A stretch of 64,000 nt of DNA from Patescibacteria group bacterium (GTDB taxonomy: Bacteria; Patescibacteriota; Patescibacteriia; Buchananbacterales; UBA6539), in contig JBAZSB010000002.1 in NCBI GenBank assembly GCA_041662625.1, positions 12,024 through 76,023 on the forward strand, read 5' to 3'. The notes under the pieces were generated by a model. The model saw only the letters and a list, made by a program, of their open reading frames with translations, had not been told where the DNA came from and did not search any database. The position numbers and the translations under genes are program-made. Shown here piece after piece: positions 19,574-28,863 of this stretch (position 1 is the stretch's first letter; every line of letters begins with the position of its first letter).

Positions 19574-20500
19574 TTAATAAATTATTTCTCCGGCGATATC
19601 TCTAGCCATTAATTCCTTTATTTTCGAAATATTTTTGGTTTGGGCAGTTGCCCACATGAATTTAGTTACAGTTGTTTCCCAGGTTAAATTATTAATTATT
19701 AAAATATTTTTTGGTGCCAAAACCGCGCCAGAAATTTTCTTTGACCAGATTACCACCGGCATGTCCGGCGTAATTTTTTCTAAAAGAAAAATTAAATCCT
19801 CGGGCAAAGTCTGGTAAATATTGGCATTAACCACAATTCCTTCTTTATCACTGACTTGTTTAGCCAGGGCTTTGGGGCTTAGAAACGGACCAAGCTGGAT
19901 TATCTCGATTTTATCGTTTAACTTGTCAAAAAAATTTACCTTGCCGCTGTTTTGCAAGGCCGCTTTTTCAAAAATCCGGATGCTGAAATCAATCCGGCCC
20001 AAAATACTTGGGGCTGGCGCGGTAAAAACATTTAATGATTCCTCTAGCGAACGACTGGCCTGGTTGGCGCGTAAAAGCCGGTTACCAAACATTAGGCAGA
20101 CTTCGGTGATATTATAATTGGCGCTTTGCACTGAATTAATTAAGTTAGCGCGAATTTCCAGTTTTTTGGTGTCAGCCGGATTGGATTGGCTGCCGGTAAA
20201 AATGATGGGTTTGCTCAAATTTTGCAGCAAAAATGAAAGAGCAGAAGCGGTGTAAAGCAGATTATCAATACCGTGTAAAATCACAAAACCATCAGCCGAA
20301 TCCAAACGGCTGTAAATTTCTTTGGCCAACTTTAACCAAAGCTCGGGCGTGATATCAGCGCCGGCTTTTTTGAAAAGCAAAACTGGCTCAATATCGGCAA
20401 TAATATTAAGCTCTTTGGTCTGGTCAAGCCAGTCTTTGGGCTGCAGGCCAAAAGGCTGGCTGGCCACCATTAAATAGATTTTTTTGCGGTTTTGGGTCAT
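19574..20500 (-). CDS. L-asparaginase-like protein (degenerate active site)
   Basis: DITPELW, DGFVILHG, YTASALSFLL, KPIIFTGSQ; TGGT is absent and HGTDT reads HGIDN. Confidence 0.8.
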   Translation of the reverse strand: MTQNRKKIYLMVASQPFGLQPKDWLDQTKELNIIADIEPVLLFKKAGADITPELWLKLAKEIYSRLDSADGFVILHGIDNLLYTASALSFLLQNLSKPIIFTGSQSNPADTKKLEIRANLINSVQSANYNITEVCLMFGNRLLRANQASRSLEESLNVFTAPAPSILGRIDFSIRIFEKAALQNSGKVNFFDKLNDKIEIIQLGPFLSPKALAKQVSDKEGIVVNANIYQTLPEDLIFLLEKITPDMPVVIWSKKISGAVLAPKNILIINNLTWETTVTKFMWATAQTKNISKIKELMARDIAGEIIY

Positions 20501-20596
20501 AATCCTGCGCCGTCACGGTCTGACAGCCGTCTATATATATTTTACAATTTTAAGGACAAAAAAACAACCTCAAAAAATGTGGCATTAGCCAAATCT

Positions 20597-21097
20597 TTAG
20601 AGGCTGTTTTTTAGCAAACCACCGTAATAATCTAACTGATAAACTTCTTGGTTATTAAAACGAATAGTCTCATGACCCTGGAATCTTTTAATATCACCTT
20701 CAACCTTATTGAAATATTCAAACTCGCCTTCAGTAAAGTGGCTGGGGCCGCGGAAAGGCTTGGCAATGGTGACGTGCCGCAGGGCTTTTTTCAAAAATTC
20801 ATAAACTGTCTTTGGCTCAATGTCTGAATCAGTCACTTCGCCTTGGTAAGCCATCTCCCAGGCGGGCTGGCCTAAAAAGAAAACGGTTTCCTTGCCTTTA
20901 AAGGGATTAAAACCAGAATAATTATCCAGATACCGAAAACCATTCTGTTCAAATTCAAAAATTTTTTTGCCATCGGGCAGAACTGTTTTTTTGGCTAGTG
21001 GGGAAATATCTTCGATTTCATCGGGTGGCAAACTACTTTTGGCATAGCTACTAATTTTGGCGGAAACCAAAACATCAGCCAGTTGATTTAAATCCAT
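20597..21097 (-). CDS. DUF5680-like protein
   Basis: YLDNYSG..PF.G.E.V, W.M.Y.G, FLKKAL, PFRGP, G.E.I...VY...Y.GG. Confidence 0.75.
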   Translation of the reverse strand: MDLNQLADVLVSAKISSYAKSSLPPDEIEDISPLAKKTVLPDGKKIFEFEQNGFRYLDNYSGFNPFKGKETVFFLGQPAWEMAYQGEVTDSDIEPKTVYEFLKKALRHVTIAKPFRGPSHFTEGEFEYFNKVEGDIKRFQGHETIRFNNQEVYQLDYYGGLLKNSL

Positions 21098-21149
21098 ACT
21101 TATTTATCCTAACATATTTCCTGTTCAATCACTAATTAATTTTAATCAG

Positions 21150-21332
21150 TTGCTAAAGGCCGGGATATCTGCTAAACTTAAAGATATGATTTACGAGTCC
21201 TTAGAATTCTCCGCCAAAGGCGGATGCGCCTTGGGCGCAAAATAATTATACCTATTTATGATTTACGAATCATTGGAGTTCAAATAATAACAAAAGATTA
21301 GCCGCGTGTTTTTGATTTACAGGCGGTTTTTT
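21150..21332 (+). promoter_or_regulatory. glyA leader: sigma70 promoter, two tandem uORFs (21186-21245, 21258-21287) and terminator (21300-21332)
   Basis: TTGCTA-17-TAAACT; uORFs MIYESLEF(insert)K* and MIYESLEFK*; agccgc.tgt...aca.gcggtt stem followed by a T run. Confidence 0.65.
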
Positions 21333-21482
21333 ATTACCGGACGAAGCGAGTAAAATAAAAAATGAAGTTTTCACATTTTTAAGCGAGTGAGGCAAAAAGA
21401 GTCTTTCTAAGACTTACTCTAGAGTTAATCCTATTTTTTTGCTAAGATTAAATTGCTAATTATTTAATTAGTAAATAAAATT

Positions 21483-22784
21483 ATGAAATATAAGTATCTT
21501 CAAACTCATGATCCTGAAGTCAGCCAAACTCTACAGGGAGAGATGAACCGACAAAGAGAAGGAATGGAATTGATTCCTTCGGAAAATTATGTTTCACAGG
21601 CGGTTTTGGATGCTTTGGGTTCAGAGTTCACAAATAAATATAGTGAAGGCTATCCGGGACGACGCTACTATGGCGGTCAGCAATTTACTGATCAAGTGGA
21701 GTCACTGGCTATTGAGCGAGCGAAAAAATTATTCCGTTGCGACCATGCCAATGTTCAGCCGCTTTCCGGCGCTCCCGCCAACGTCGCAGTCTATTCGGCC
21801 TGGCTTAATCCTGGTGATACCGTCATTGGGATGGACCTTTCCCATGGCGGTCATCTTACTCATGGCCATCCGGTTACCTACATGGCTAAAATTTATAATT
21901 TCGTCCGCTATAAAATTAAGGATTTGGAAACCGGGGAAATTGATTATGACCAGCTGCGGGATTTGGCCCTAAAGCATAAACCAAAAATTATCCTGGCCGG
22001 TTTTTCCGCCTACCCACGCGAATATGACTACGCCAAATTTTCTGAAATTGCTAAAGAAGTTGGCGCCATCGCTATGGCCGACATGGCTCATATTGCCGGT
22101 TTAATTGCCGCCGGCGAACTCAAAAATCCTTTTGATTATGGTTTCCAAATTGTCACTACCACTACACACAAAACTTTGCGCGGACCTCGCGGTGGCATGA
22201 TTATGTCCCAGGGCAAAGTCGGTAATCCTTTAAAAGAAGTAGAAAAAACTATTGAGAATCTACCAACCATTATTGACCGGGCGGTTTTTCCGGGTTTTCA
22301 GGGTGGACCGCATATGAATAATATCGCCGCCAAGGCTGTCGCTTTCGGCGAAGCGTTAACACCTGAATTTAAGGAATACGCCAAGCAAATTTTAAAAAAT
22401 GCCAAAGTTCTAGCGGAAACGCTAATGAGTTTAGGCTGTAAATTGGTTACCAACGGCACGGATAATCATTTAATGCTAATTGACACCGTCACTTCCTTTG
22501 GCATAACCGGCGACGTGGTGGAAAAAACCTTGGATAAAATCAATATTACTTCAAATAAAAACGCTATTCCGGATGATAAAAATCCCTATTACACACCATC
22601 AGGTATTCGGATCGGGACACCGGCCATTACCACCAGAGGCATGAAAGAACAAGAGATGAAACGAATTGCTGAATGGATTGTTGAGGCGGCGAAAAACCGG
22701 GATAATGAAGCGAAATTGAAAGAAATCCAGCAAACAGTCAAAGAGCTCTGCCTTAAATTTCCAATTCCCAGCATCCAGGAATAA
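21483..22784 (+). CDS. glyA: Serine hydroxymethyltransferase
   Basis: ELIPSEN, KYSEGYPG.RYYGG, HGGHLTHG, TTTTHKTLRGPRGG. Confidence 0.98.
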   Translation: MKYKYLQTHDPEVSQTLQGEMNRQREGMELIPSENYVSQAVLDALGSEFTNKYSEGYPGRRYYGGQQFTDQVESLAIERAKKLFRCDHANVQPLSGAPANVAVYSAWLNPGDTVIGMDLSHGGHLTHGHPVTYMAKIYNFVRYKIKDLETGEIDYDQLRDLALKHKPKIILAGFSAYPREYDYAKFSEIAKEVGAIAMADMAHIAGLIAAGELKNPFDYGFQIVTTTTHKTLRGPRGGMIMSQGKVGNPLKEVEKTIENLPTIIDRAVFPGFQGGPHMNNIAAKAVAFGEALTPEFKEYAKQILKNAKVLAETLMSLGCKLVTNGTDNHLMLIDTVTSFGITGDVVEKTLDKINITSNKNAIPDDKNPYYTPSGIRIGTPAITTRGMKEQEMKRIAEWIVEAAKNRDNEAKLKEIQQTVKELCLKFPIPSIQE

Positions 22785-22852
22785 GTGTGATTGAAAAAGA
22801 TAAGCAAGCAAATCCAGAAATTTCCGGTTTACCCCATAATGACACTGAAAAA

Positions 22853-23713
22853 ATGCCAAAAAAAACTGCTCAACTTATTGACGGCAAAAATTTGGCCGAA
22901 AAAATTCTTTTGGAACTCAAAGGCCAAATTGCCCAGCTGAACCGGCCGCCGGGACTGGCCGTGATTTTAATCGGCGACGATCCGGCCTCCAAACTTTATG
23001 TCCGAAACAAAAAACTGGCTTGCGAAAAAGTCGGCATTGTTTTCCATAGTTATTTTTGCGGCGGGACTTGTCTGCCTAACGTGACCGAAATTGAAATTTT
23101 AAAAGCAATTGATTTTTTAAATAATGATCCGACAATTGACGGCATTATCGTTCAGCTGCCAATCCCCCAAAAATTTAATACCCAAAAAATAATCAATCGG
23201 ATCGATCCGAAAAAAGATGTTGATGGTTTCCATCCAGAAAATCAGAAGAAAATTATTACCGGCACGGCAATTATAATTCCGCCTTTGATTCAGGCCGTAA
23301 ATGCGGCGTTAATGGCAACCCAGGAAGAATTAAAAGATAAAAATACAATTATTATTTCAAAAAACCCAATCTTTAGCGAGCCGCTCAAAATATATCTCAG
23401 TAATCAGGGATTGAAAGTAGAAACGGTTAAGCCTGACCAGGGCTTAGCTGATAAAACTAAAAAGGCCGACATTTTAATTACCGTTGTCGGCCAAAAACAC
23501 CTGATCAAAAAAAATATGGTCAAACCTGATGCCATTATCATTGACGTTGGAACTAATTTAATTAGTGAAAATAAGTGGACTGGTGATGTTGATCAAAAGG
23601 TAACCGAAGTGGCGGGATGGCTCACACCGGTTCCTGGCGGCATTGGCCCATTAACTGTCGCCTTTTTATTGACTAACACTTATCAATTAGCCAAAAAAAA
23701 TTTATATGCTTGA
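22853..23713 (+). CDS. folD: Bifunctional methylene-THF dehydrogenase/cyclohydrolase
   Basis: LIDGK, GDDPAS.LYV..K, KDVDGFHP, TPVPGGIGPLTV; start at ATG 22853 preferred. Confidence 0.95.
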   Translation: MPKKTAQLIDGKNLAEKILLELKGQIAQLNRPPGLAVILIGDDPASKLYVRNKKLACEKVGIVFHSYFCGGTCLPNVTEIEILKAIDFLNNDPTIDGIIVQLPIPQKFNTQKIINRIDPKKDVDGFHPENQKKIITGTAIIIPPLIQAVNAALMATQEELKDKNTIIISKNPIFSEPLKIYLSNQGLKVETVKPDQGLADKTKKADILITVVGQKHLIKKNMVKPDAIIIDVGTNLISENKWTGDVDQKVTEVAGWLTPVPGGIGPLTVAFLLTNTYQLAKKNLYA

Positions 23714-24575
23714 CCAAAAAATCACTAAGCAAATTATCCGGGCTCAAAAAAATGAAATTACAGAATTTTACCTTTACCAAAAATTAGCCAGTATCACCAA
23801 AAATTCTCACAATCAAGAAGTACTGAAAAAAATCGCCCAAGAGGAAAAAGAACACTATAATTTCTGGCAAACTCAGACAAATCAAAAAATTAAACCACAC
23901 ACTTTAAAGCTTTGGTTTTATTTTTTAATCAGCAAATTCTTTGGCCTGACTTTCGGCATTAAGCTGATGGAAAAAGGCGAGGCCAAAGCCCAAATTAATT
24001 ACAATGAGATTGGCCGCCTTATTCCCCAGGCGCTTAAAATTTCGGCTGAAGAAAATCAGCACGAAAACAATTTGGTTAACATGATCGATGAGGAAAAATT
24101 AAAATATGTTGGCTCAATTGTCCTGGGTTTAAATGACGCCCTGGTGGAACTGACCGGCGCTTTAGCCGGCTACACTTTAGCCTTACATAATACCAAATTA
24201 ATCGCCATGACCGGCTTAATCACCGGTCTTGCAGCCTCACTTTCCATGGCCGCCTCGGAATATTTATCAACCAGTTCAGAAAAGACGGAAAAAAATCCGC
24301 TGCGGGCTTCAATTTATACCGGCATCACTTATGTTTTAGTCGTCTTATTTTTAATTCTGCCGTATTTAGTTTTAAACAATTTTTATCTTGCGCTGGTGGC
24401 CATTATTTTGGAATCGATGTTGATTATTCTAATCTTTACTTATTATGTTTCGGTCGCCCAAGATATCCCATTTAAAAAAAGGTTTATAACCATGGCTTCA
24501 GTCAGCTTGGGCGTGGCGGCGTTGACTTTTCTCATTGGCTTTATCGTCAGACTATTTTTTGGTCTTGAAGTTTAA
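23706..24575 (+). CDS. Rubrerythrin-like domain plus VIT1/CCC1 transporter
   Basis: EITE...EEKEH...EENQHE; VLGLNDALVELTGALAG; SMAASEYLS. Confidence 0.9.
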   Translation: MLDQKITKQIIRAQKNEITEFYLYQKLASITKNSHNQEVLKKIAQEEKEHYNFWQTQTNQKIKPHTLKLWFYFLISKFFGLTFGIKLMEKGEAKAQINYNEIGRLIPQALKISAEENQHENNLVNMIDEEKLKYVGSIVLGLNDALVELTGALAGYTLALHNTKLIAMTGLITGLAASLSMAASEYLSTSSEKTEKNPLRASIYTGITYVLVVLFLILPYLVLNNFYLALVAIILESMLIILIFTYYVSVAQDIPFKKRFITMASVSLGVAALTFLIGFIVRLFFGLEV

Positions 24576-24673
24576 AAAATGATAAAGCTGGAACTACGGC
24601 TCAAAGCCTTCATAACAATTTGGTTAAAATTAAAAAAAGACGGGTTAGTCAGGCGACAACTCGTCTTGTTTGT

Positions 24674-25540
24674 TTATAACCGCCAAAGGTCGCCAGCAAC
24701 CAAATCCAGATCAGGCGACTCGAACTGCGCCAACTCAGGATGCTTCTCGACCGCAAAGGCCCAGAGCAAACTCCGTAGATAGGCAGCAACTCGCTCGCTG
24801 GTTAGCTGAATGTCGTCTCCTTGGCAAAGCTGATAAAGGGTCGTGGTGTGGTCTTGGGCCGCAATAGGCCGGCTGATCGAGTAGGTCACCCGAAAACGGC
24901 GCCAGAAAGGAAAACGCCAAGTCAAAGGCAGACGTGGCCACTGGCCTTTGTACCAAGACTCTTGACTGCCCTGATCCCAGAACAGCATGATTTTGAAATC
25001 CGCTCCCGTCCTAACAGCTTCAGCCACCAGACGACCGACTCCAGTAAGAAATGGATTTAGTATTTTATCGGCGTCCGTTCTGGTCCCTTCCCCATAGACC
25101 CAGAGAATGGCATTCCGGAATCTAGTTAGAACCTCGACTTGCCGACGGATGACTTCCCGCCGAACCGCCGCGGCACCCGCTTTACCTTTGTCCGGCAATT
25201 CGATCACCCGCAGGTGACGCAGCAGCGACCGGATCGGACCAAGGTGCTTGAGATATTTCTGTTTGCCGACAACGATAATCAGCATTGCCATATATCTCAA
25301 AACCCAGGGCCAAAGGAAGCTGTAGACGCCGAGGAAAATTCCAGGGTATGACGAATGGTTGGCAAAAATCAAAACCCGACCCTGCGTCGGGATATTGTTC
25401 CGGCCCGCCACCTGGAGACGAAAAAAAGGCAGCTTACAAATAAAGATCAAACTCGCAATCAGGGTGACGACCAGTCGATCCAGCCACCACAACACCCAGC
25501 CCTGACCTGGTTCCGAAACGTTCTGATTCTGAACCATCAA
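24674..25540 (-). CDS. Lysophospholipid acyltransferase (PlsC-like), GC-rich
   Basis: VAGRNNIP, FANHSSY and YGEGTRT motifs; GGGAGG SD. Confidence 0.75.
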   Translation of the reverse strand: MMVQNQNVSEPGQGWVLWWLDRLVVTLIASLIFICKLPFFRLQVAGRNNIPTQGRVLIFANHSSYPGIFLGVYSFLWPWVLRYMAMLIIVVGKQKYLKHLGPIRSLLRHLRVIELPDKGKAGAAAVRREVIRRQVEVLTRFRNAILWVYGEGTRTDADKILNPFLTGVGRLVAEAVRTGADFKIMLFWDQGSQESWYKGQWPRLPLTWRFPFWRRFRVTYSISRPIAAQDHTTTLYQLCQGDDIQLTSERVAAYLRSLLWAFAVEKHPELAQFESPDLDLVAGDLWRL

Positions 25541-25597
25541 TTATCCTCCCACGGTTTTGATTTCAACTAGCCTGATTCAGCTTTTTATCTTAATATA

Positions 25598-25630
25598 AAA
25601 AAATAGCCTTGGCAAGCCAGGCTATTTTTT
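25598..25630. terminator. Bidirectional intrinsic terminator
   Basis: aaaaatagcct...aggctattttt. Confidence 0.7.
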
Positions 25631-25638
25631 ACTACTAA

Positions 25639-26100
25639 TTAAACTGTTGGTTTTTTGGGCAAGACAGGTGGCTGTTGCGGTTGCGGTGGCGGGGCAGTTG
25701 GTTTCATCAGTTGGCCACCACGAGTAGTCAAGGCGGCAATAACTAAAGCCCCAAACATCAATAAAAACCCAACCCAAAGATTCCACATGCTGTAAAAACT
25801 TTTTAAGCCAGAAAGATAAGTGCCAGCTGCCTTCACATATTGAATCGTTACCAATAAATCCAAAATGCCGCCCAAAATAAACCAGCTAACACCCAAAATC
25901 AAACCATCTTTAACACCACCAGGATGCTTTCTGAAATAGAGTCTACCCAAAACAAAGGCGGCCACACCAGATAAAATGATTTCTAAAATCTGTTGCCAAA
26001 TAACCGGCAAAGGCGTGACCATCAGGGCGCAAACGCCGATAAACATTACGGCCCACATGCCCGCACCAAGCCCTAAGGCAAGTTTTAAATTTTTGATCAT
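25639..26100 (-). CDS. Hypothetical membrane protein (4 TM)
   Basis: Hydrophobic segments, Pro/Gln tail. Confidence 0.7.
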   Translation of the reverse strand: MIKNLKLALGLGAGMWAVMFIGVCALMVTPLPVIWQQILEIILSGVAAFVLGRLYFRKHPGGVKDGLILGVSWFILGGILDLLVTIQYVKAAGTYLSGLKSFYSMWNLWVGFLLMFGALVIAALTTRGGQLMKPTAPPPQPQQPPVLPKKPTV

Positions 26101-26111
26101 AGATTTTTTTA

Positions 26112-26492
26112 TTAATAAACTTTTATTAAATTGCAGTTACCGTCCACTTCGACAAAGTGATGAGCGGTACCTTCCCGAAAAGCCGGGCATTGATTTGCCA
26201 CTTCGTCATCAACGCTTTGGCGTGGATTATGGGCAACATCGCAAACCCAGTCCGGAACAATCGCATTACTCAGACACGGGCCGGCTTCAAAATCCTGGTC
26301 ACCACTGGAAAGCCTAGTTTGGCAAAGCTCCTGGCATTTAACCTGGGCCAAAGTCTTATCCGCCTGTTTTTTTTGTTCCACTTGGACCTTACCGGTTGTA
26401 TAATCAACGGCATTAATCACTCTTTGGCAGCCGGCAAGAATAAAAAAACCAGCCGCTAAAATCAGTGCTGTTTTTGTAAAACTTAATACCAT
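26112..26492 (-). CDS. Cys-rich lipoprotein
   Basis: Lipobox LAGC; GPCLS...WVCDVAHNPR...NQC...HFVE.D..C. Confidence 0.75.
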   Translation of the reverse strand: MVLSFTKTALILAAGFFILAGCQRVINAVDYTTGKVQVEQKKQADKTLAQVKCQELCQTRLSSGDQDFEAGPCLSNAIVPDWVCDVAHNPRQSVDDEVANQCPAFREGTAHHFVEVDGNCNLIKVY

Positions 26493-26594
26493 ATTACCTC
26501 CTGGCTTTAGTATAGCATGGATAAGAAATTAAGAAAATAAGAAATTAATAAATTAAGACTGAGTTAGGCTTTAATTTTTTAATTTTTTAATTTC

Positions 26595-27062
26595 TTATTT
26601 TTTTACTTTAAATACCAGCCAATTCTTTTTTTGCGCCGTAAACTGGGTTAAAACATAAACTCCCCGGAGCTTTTTGCCCTTCAATTCAAACTTTAAAGAC
26701 TTGGATGTATGTTCCAACAGCTTAAATTTGCCTTTGTCCAAAATTTCCACCAGGCCGGCACCGTAATTACCTTTCGGGATTACTCCGGCAAAATTAATAT
26801 AGGCAACTGGATGATCTTCTACGGCAACAGCCAAATGTTTGACTCCGGCAATAGTTGGAATACCTTTGGGTACTGCCCAAGATTTTAAAACAACCGGACC
26901 TTTAATAATTTTATCTGGCAATTCCAACCTGAAATCATAATGCAAATGTGAGGCTGAATGTTTTTGGACAACAAAACGTGACTGGCTTTTTATTTTAGCT
27001 TGTGCCTTAGGCTCCGGCGTTTTACTAAACTTTCTTTTCTTTTGATATTTTTCTAAAGCCAT
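26595..27062 (-). CDS. Stand-alone LigD 3'-phosphoesterase (PE) domain
   Basis: KR.F.KTPEP, FVVQKH.A.HLHYDFRLE, LKSWAVPKG, VEDHP..Y..F.G.IP.G.YGAG. Confidence 0.92.
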   Translation of the reverse strand: MALEKYQKKRKFSKTPEPKAQAKIKSQSRFVVQKHSASHLHYDFRLELPDKIIKGPVVLKSWAVPKGIPTIAGVKHLAVAVEDHPVAYINFAGVIPKGNYGAGLVEILDKGKFKLLEHTSKSLKFELKGKKLRGVYVLTQFTAQKKNWLVFKVKK

Positions 27063-27134
27063 ACAAATAGAAATCAGAAATTAGAAATCAGAAGAATAAT
27101 TCTGATCTCTGATCTCTGATTTCTGATCTCTGGA

Positions 27135-27416
27135 TTATCCCTTAAGATAAACCAAATCGCCTTCTTTGACTGACTGGGCCACTTTTAAACCAACAGCGTC
27201 ACCAGATTTAGCGACACTCACCTGTTCATGTTCGACTTGCATTGAATCAACCGGCTGCTCAAAATCACCACCATGAGTCGCGATGATAATGGTATCGCCG
27301 ACTTTAAGTTGGCCGGCTAATTCCAAGACTCCGACCCCGATTTTGTTAAAGTAGTGGGTGATTTTGCCAATCTGCTTACCTTTGGGTAATTCAATTTTTT
27401 GTGCATCGTCTGCCAT
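27135..27416 (-). CDS. Translation elongation factor domain-2-like small protein
   Basis: IGKITHYFNKIGV...LKVGDTI...FEQ.V.SMQVEH..V..AK.GD.VGLKV. Confidence 0.8.
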   Translation of the reverse strand: MADDAQKIELPKGKQIGKITHYFNKIGVGVLELAGQLKVGDTIIIATHGGDFEQPVDSMQVEHEQVSVAKSGDAVGLKVAQSVKEGDLVYLKG

Positions 27417-27540
27417 ATACTAAAATTCTAGCTTTTAAGCCAAAATAAGTCAATGGAGTCAAAAAAAGAGACCAGCTGACAGAGTACCTCCTTTCTTCTG
27501 TCAAACTGGTCACAAGTAGCATTCAGGGCATCCCTCCGGA

Positions 27541-28842
27541 TTAGCCCATGTAGTTGTCGAGTTCTTCCCGACGCATCTGATCGAAGGCATACACTGCCGG
27601 ATTGGTCTGCCCCAGAATCTGCATCGCCGCTCCGATCGCGTTGCCTTCGGGCCAAGTCGTCAGATTCGGCGTCTGCGATGGCAGGTGTACGCTTGACCAA
27701 AGATCATCCGGAAATTGCTCGAGAGTCGCTGGGACCGAAATCACTGGCCAAGGACTGTGAGCCGCGACGATCGGACCCAGACCATTGGACCGGCCGGCCT
27801 TGACCACGATGACGCCACCTTGCGGATAGTCATAGAACAGCCGTTCCAGACGCTGCAGCCCCTCAACCGGACTCTTGTGGCCGGAAGCCACGATCCGTTC
27901 AACGGTGACTCCAGGCAACTGGGGAACTTTTGGTGCTTCATCCTTGTCGGACCCAAGCCAGACAACCAGCGCCTGTCTCGGGAGCACCAAGCGTTCGGCC
28001 ATCTGGGCGACGTAACGGTAGTTCTCTTCGACTTGGCCAAGGACAGCAGCGCCACCATCGCGGAACACCTGCTTATCGAGCGGTTTGCCATTTTCCCAAA
28101 GACGCCAACTGTCGTTGTCCACGACATCGGAAACTCGGAGTTCGCTGTCGGCTTCGATCTTGATGTCAAGCCATGTGAGGCCAAAGTTCGCCCAGGCCCG
28201 CTCAAGGATCAAAGACACCCGGCGAACCAATTGATCAAGCTTGGCCATATCCGCCAGATCGGTGATGACCCCACTAGCAGGAATCTTGGCAAACGGGCTA
28301 ACCCGATGTCGACTCTCACCCTCGCCCTCTTCATGCCAGATCGGCTTCTTGGGCAAGGCAAGATCCCAGGTATCCTTGAAGGGATCAAGGATCAACGGAT
28401 CGTCGCAGGGTAGTGATAGGCCTTTCCAATCTCGACCAGTCGTCTTGAGGAAGAACTCAACCAACAACCGGTGAAAACGGTACGGCTTGGTTGGATCAGC
28501 CGTTCGAAGCTGGGGATTGCGCATCAGGAAACTGCCAACTCCCAGCCGTCGGGCGACAATCTCCAGCAGCAACATCAGCGACCGCAGCGCGACAAACTCC
28601 GTTTCGGAAATCTGCTCCACGTAAGCCACCGGCACGTCGCAAGTCCGAAGAAGTTCGAAAACGCGGCAAGTGGTTATGGTAGCACATTGGGCTTTGGACC
28701 CAAACTTCTGGGTAAAACTCGGGTCATCATGGGCAGTGATGTCCGAACCATTCCTGACGATCACCAGATCGTCTCGGCCTTCTACTGCGAAGATACCCTT
28801 GGTTTTGCCCTTGGCTATCTGCTTACCTAGTGTATACTCCAT
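27541..28842 (-). CDS. purC: Bifunctional SAICAR synthetase / AIR carboxylase (PurC-PurE fusion, PAICS-like)
   Basis: GKTK, EIVARR..VGSFL.RNP, DVVDNDSWRLW, DKQVFRD; C-terminal GSDKD, SGHKSP, AGRSNGLGP, WPVISVP, DLWSSVHLPS. Confidence 0.9.
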   Translation of the reverse strand: MEYTLGKQIAKGKTKGIFAVEGRDDLVIVRNGSDITAHDDPSFTQKFGSKAQCATITTCRVFELLRTCDVPVAYVEQISETEFVALRSLMLLLEIVARRLGVGSFLMRNPQLRTADPTKPYRFHRLLVEFFLKTTGRDWKGLSLPCDDPLILDPFKDTWDLALPKKPIWHEEGEGESRHRVSPFAKIPASGVITDLADMAKLDQLVRRVSLILERAWANFGLTWLDIKIEADSELRVSDVVDNDSWRLWENGKPLDKQVFRDGGAAVLGQVEENYRYVAQMAERLVLPRQALVVWLGSDKDEAPKVPQLPGVTVERIVASGHKSPVEGLQRLERLFYDYPQGGVIVVKAGRSNGLGPIVAAHSPWPVISVPATLEQFPDDLWSSVHLPSQTPNLTTWPEGNAIGAAMQILGQTNPAVYAFDQMRREELDNYMG

Positions 28843-28863
28843 GGCATTCCTTTCTCCGACTTT

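Noticed and set aside
21180-21480. ZTP, glycine or THF riboswitch upstream of glyA
   Set aside because: Consensus elements not recognisable; the uORF-plus-terminator structure explains the region better
26595-27062. NHEJ system
   Set aside because: Only the phosphoesterase domain is present; no Ku, ligase or polymerase in the window, and stand-alone PE proteins are known
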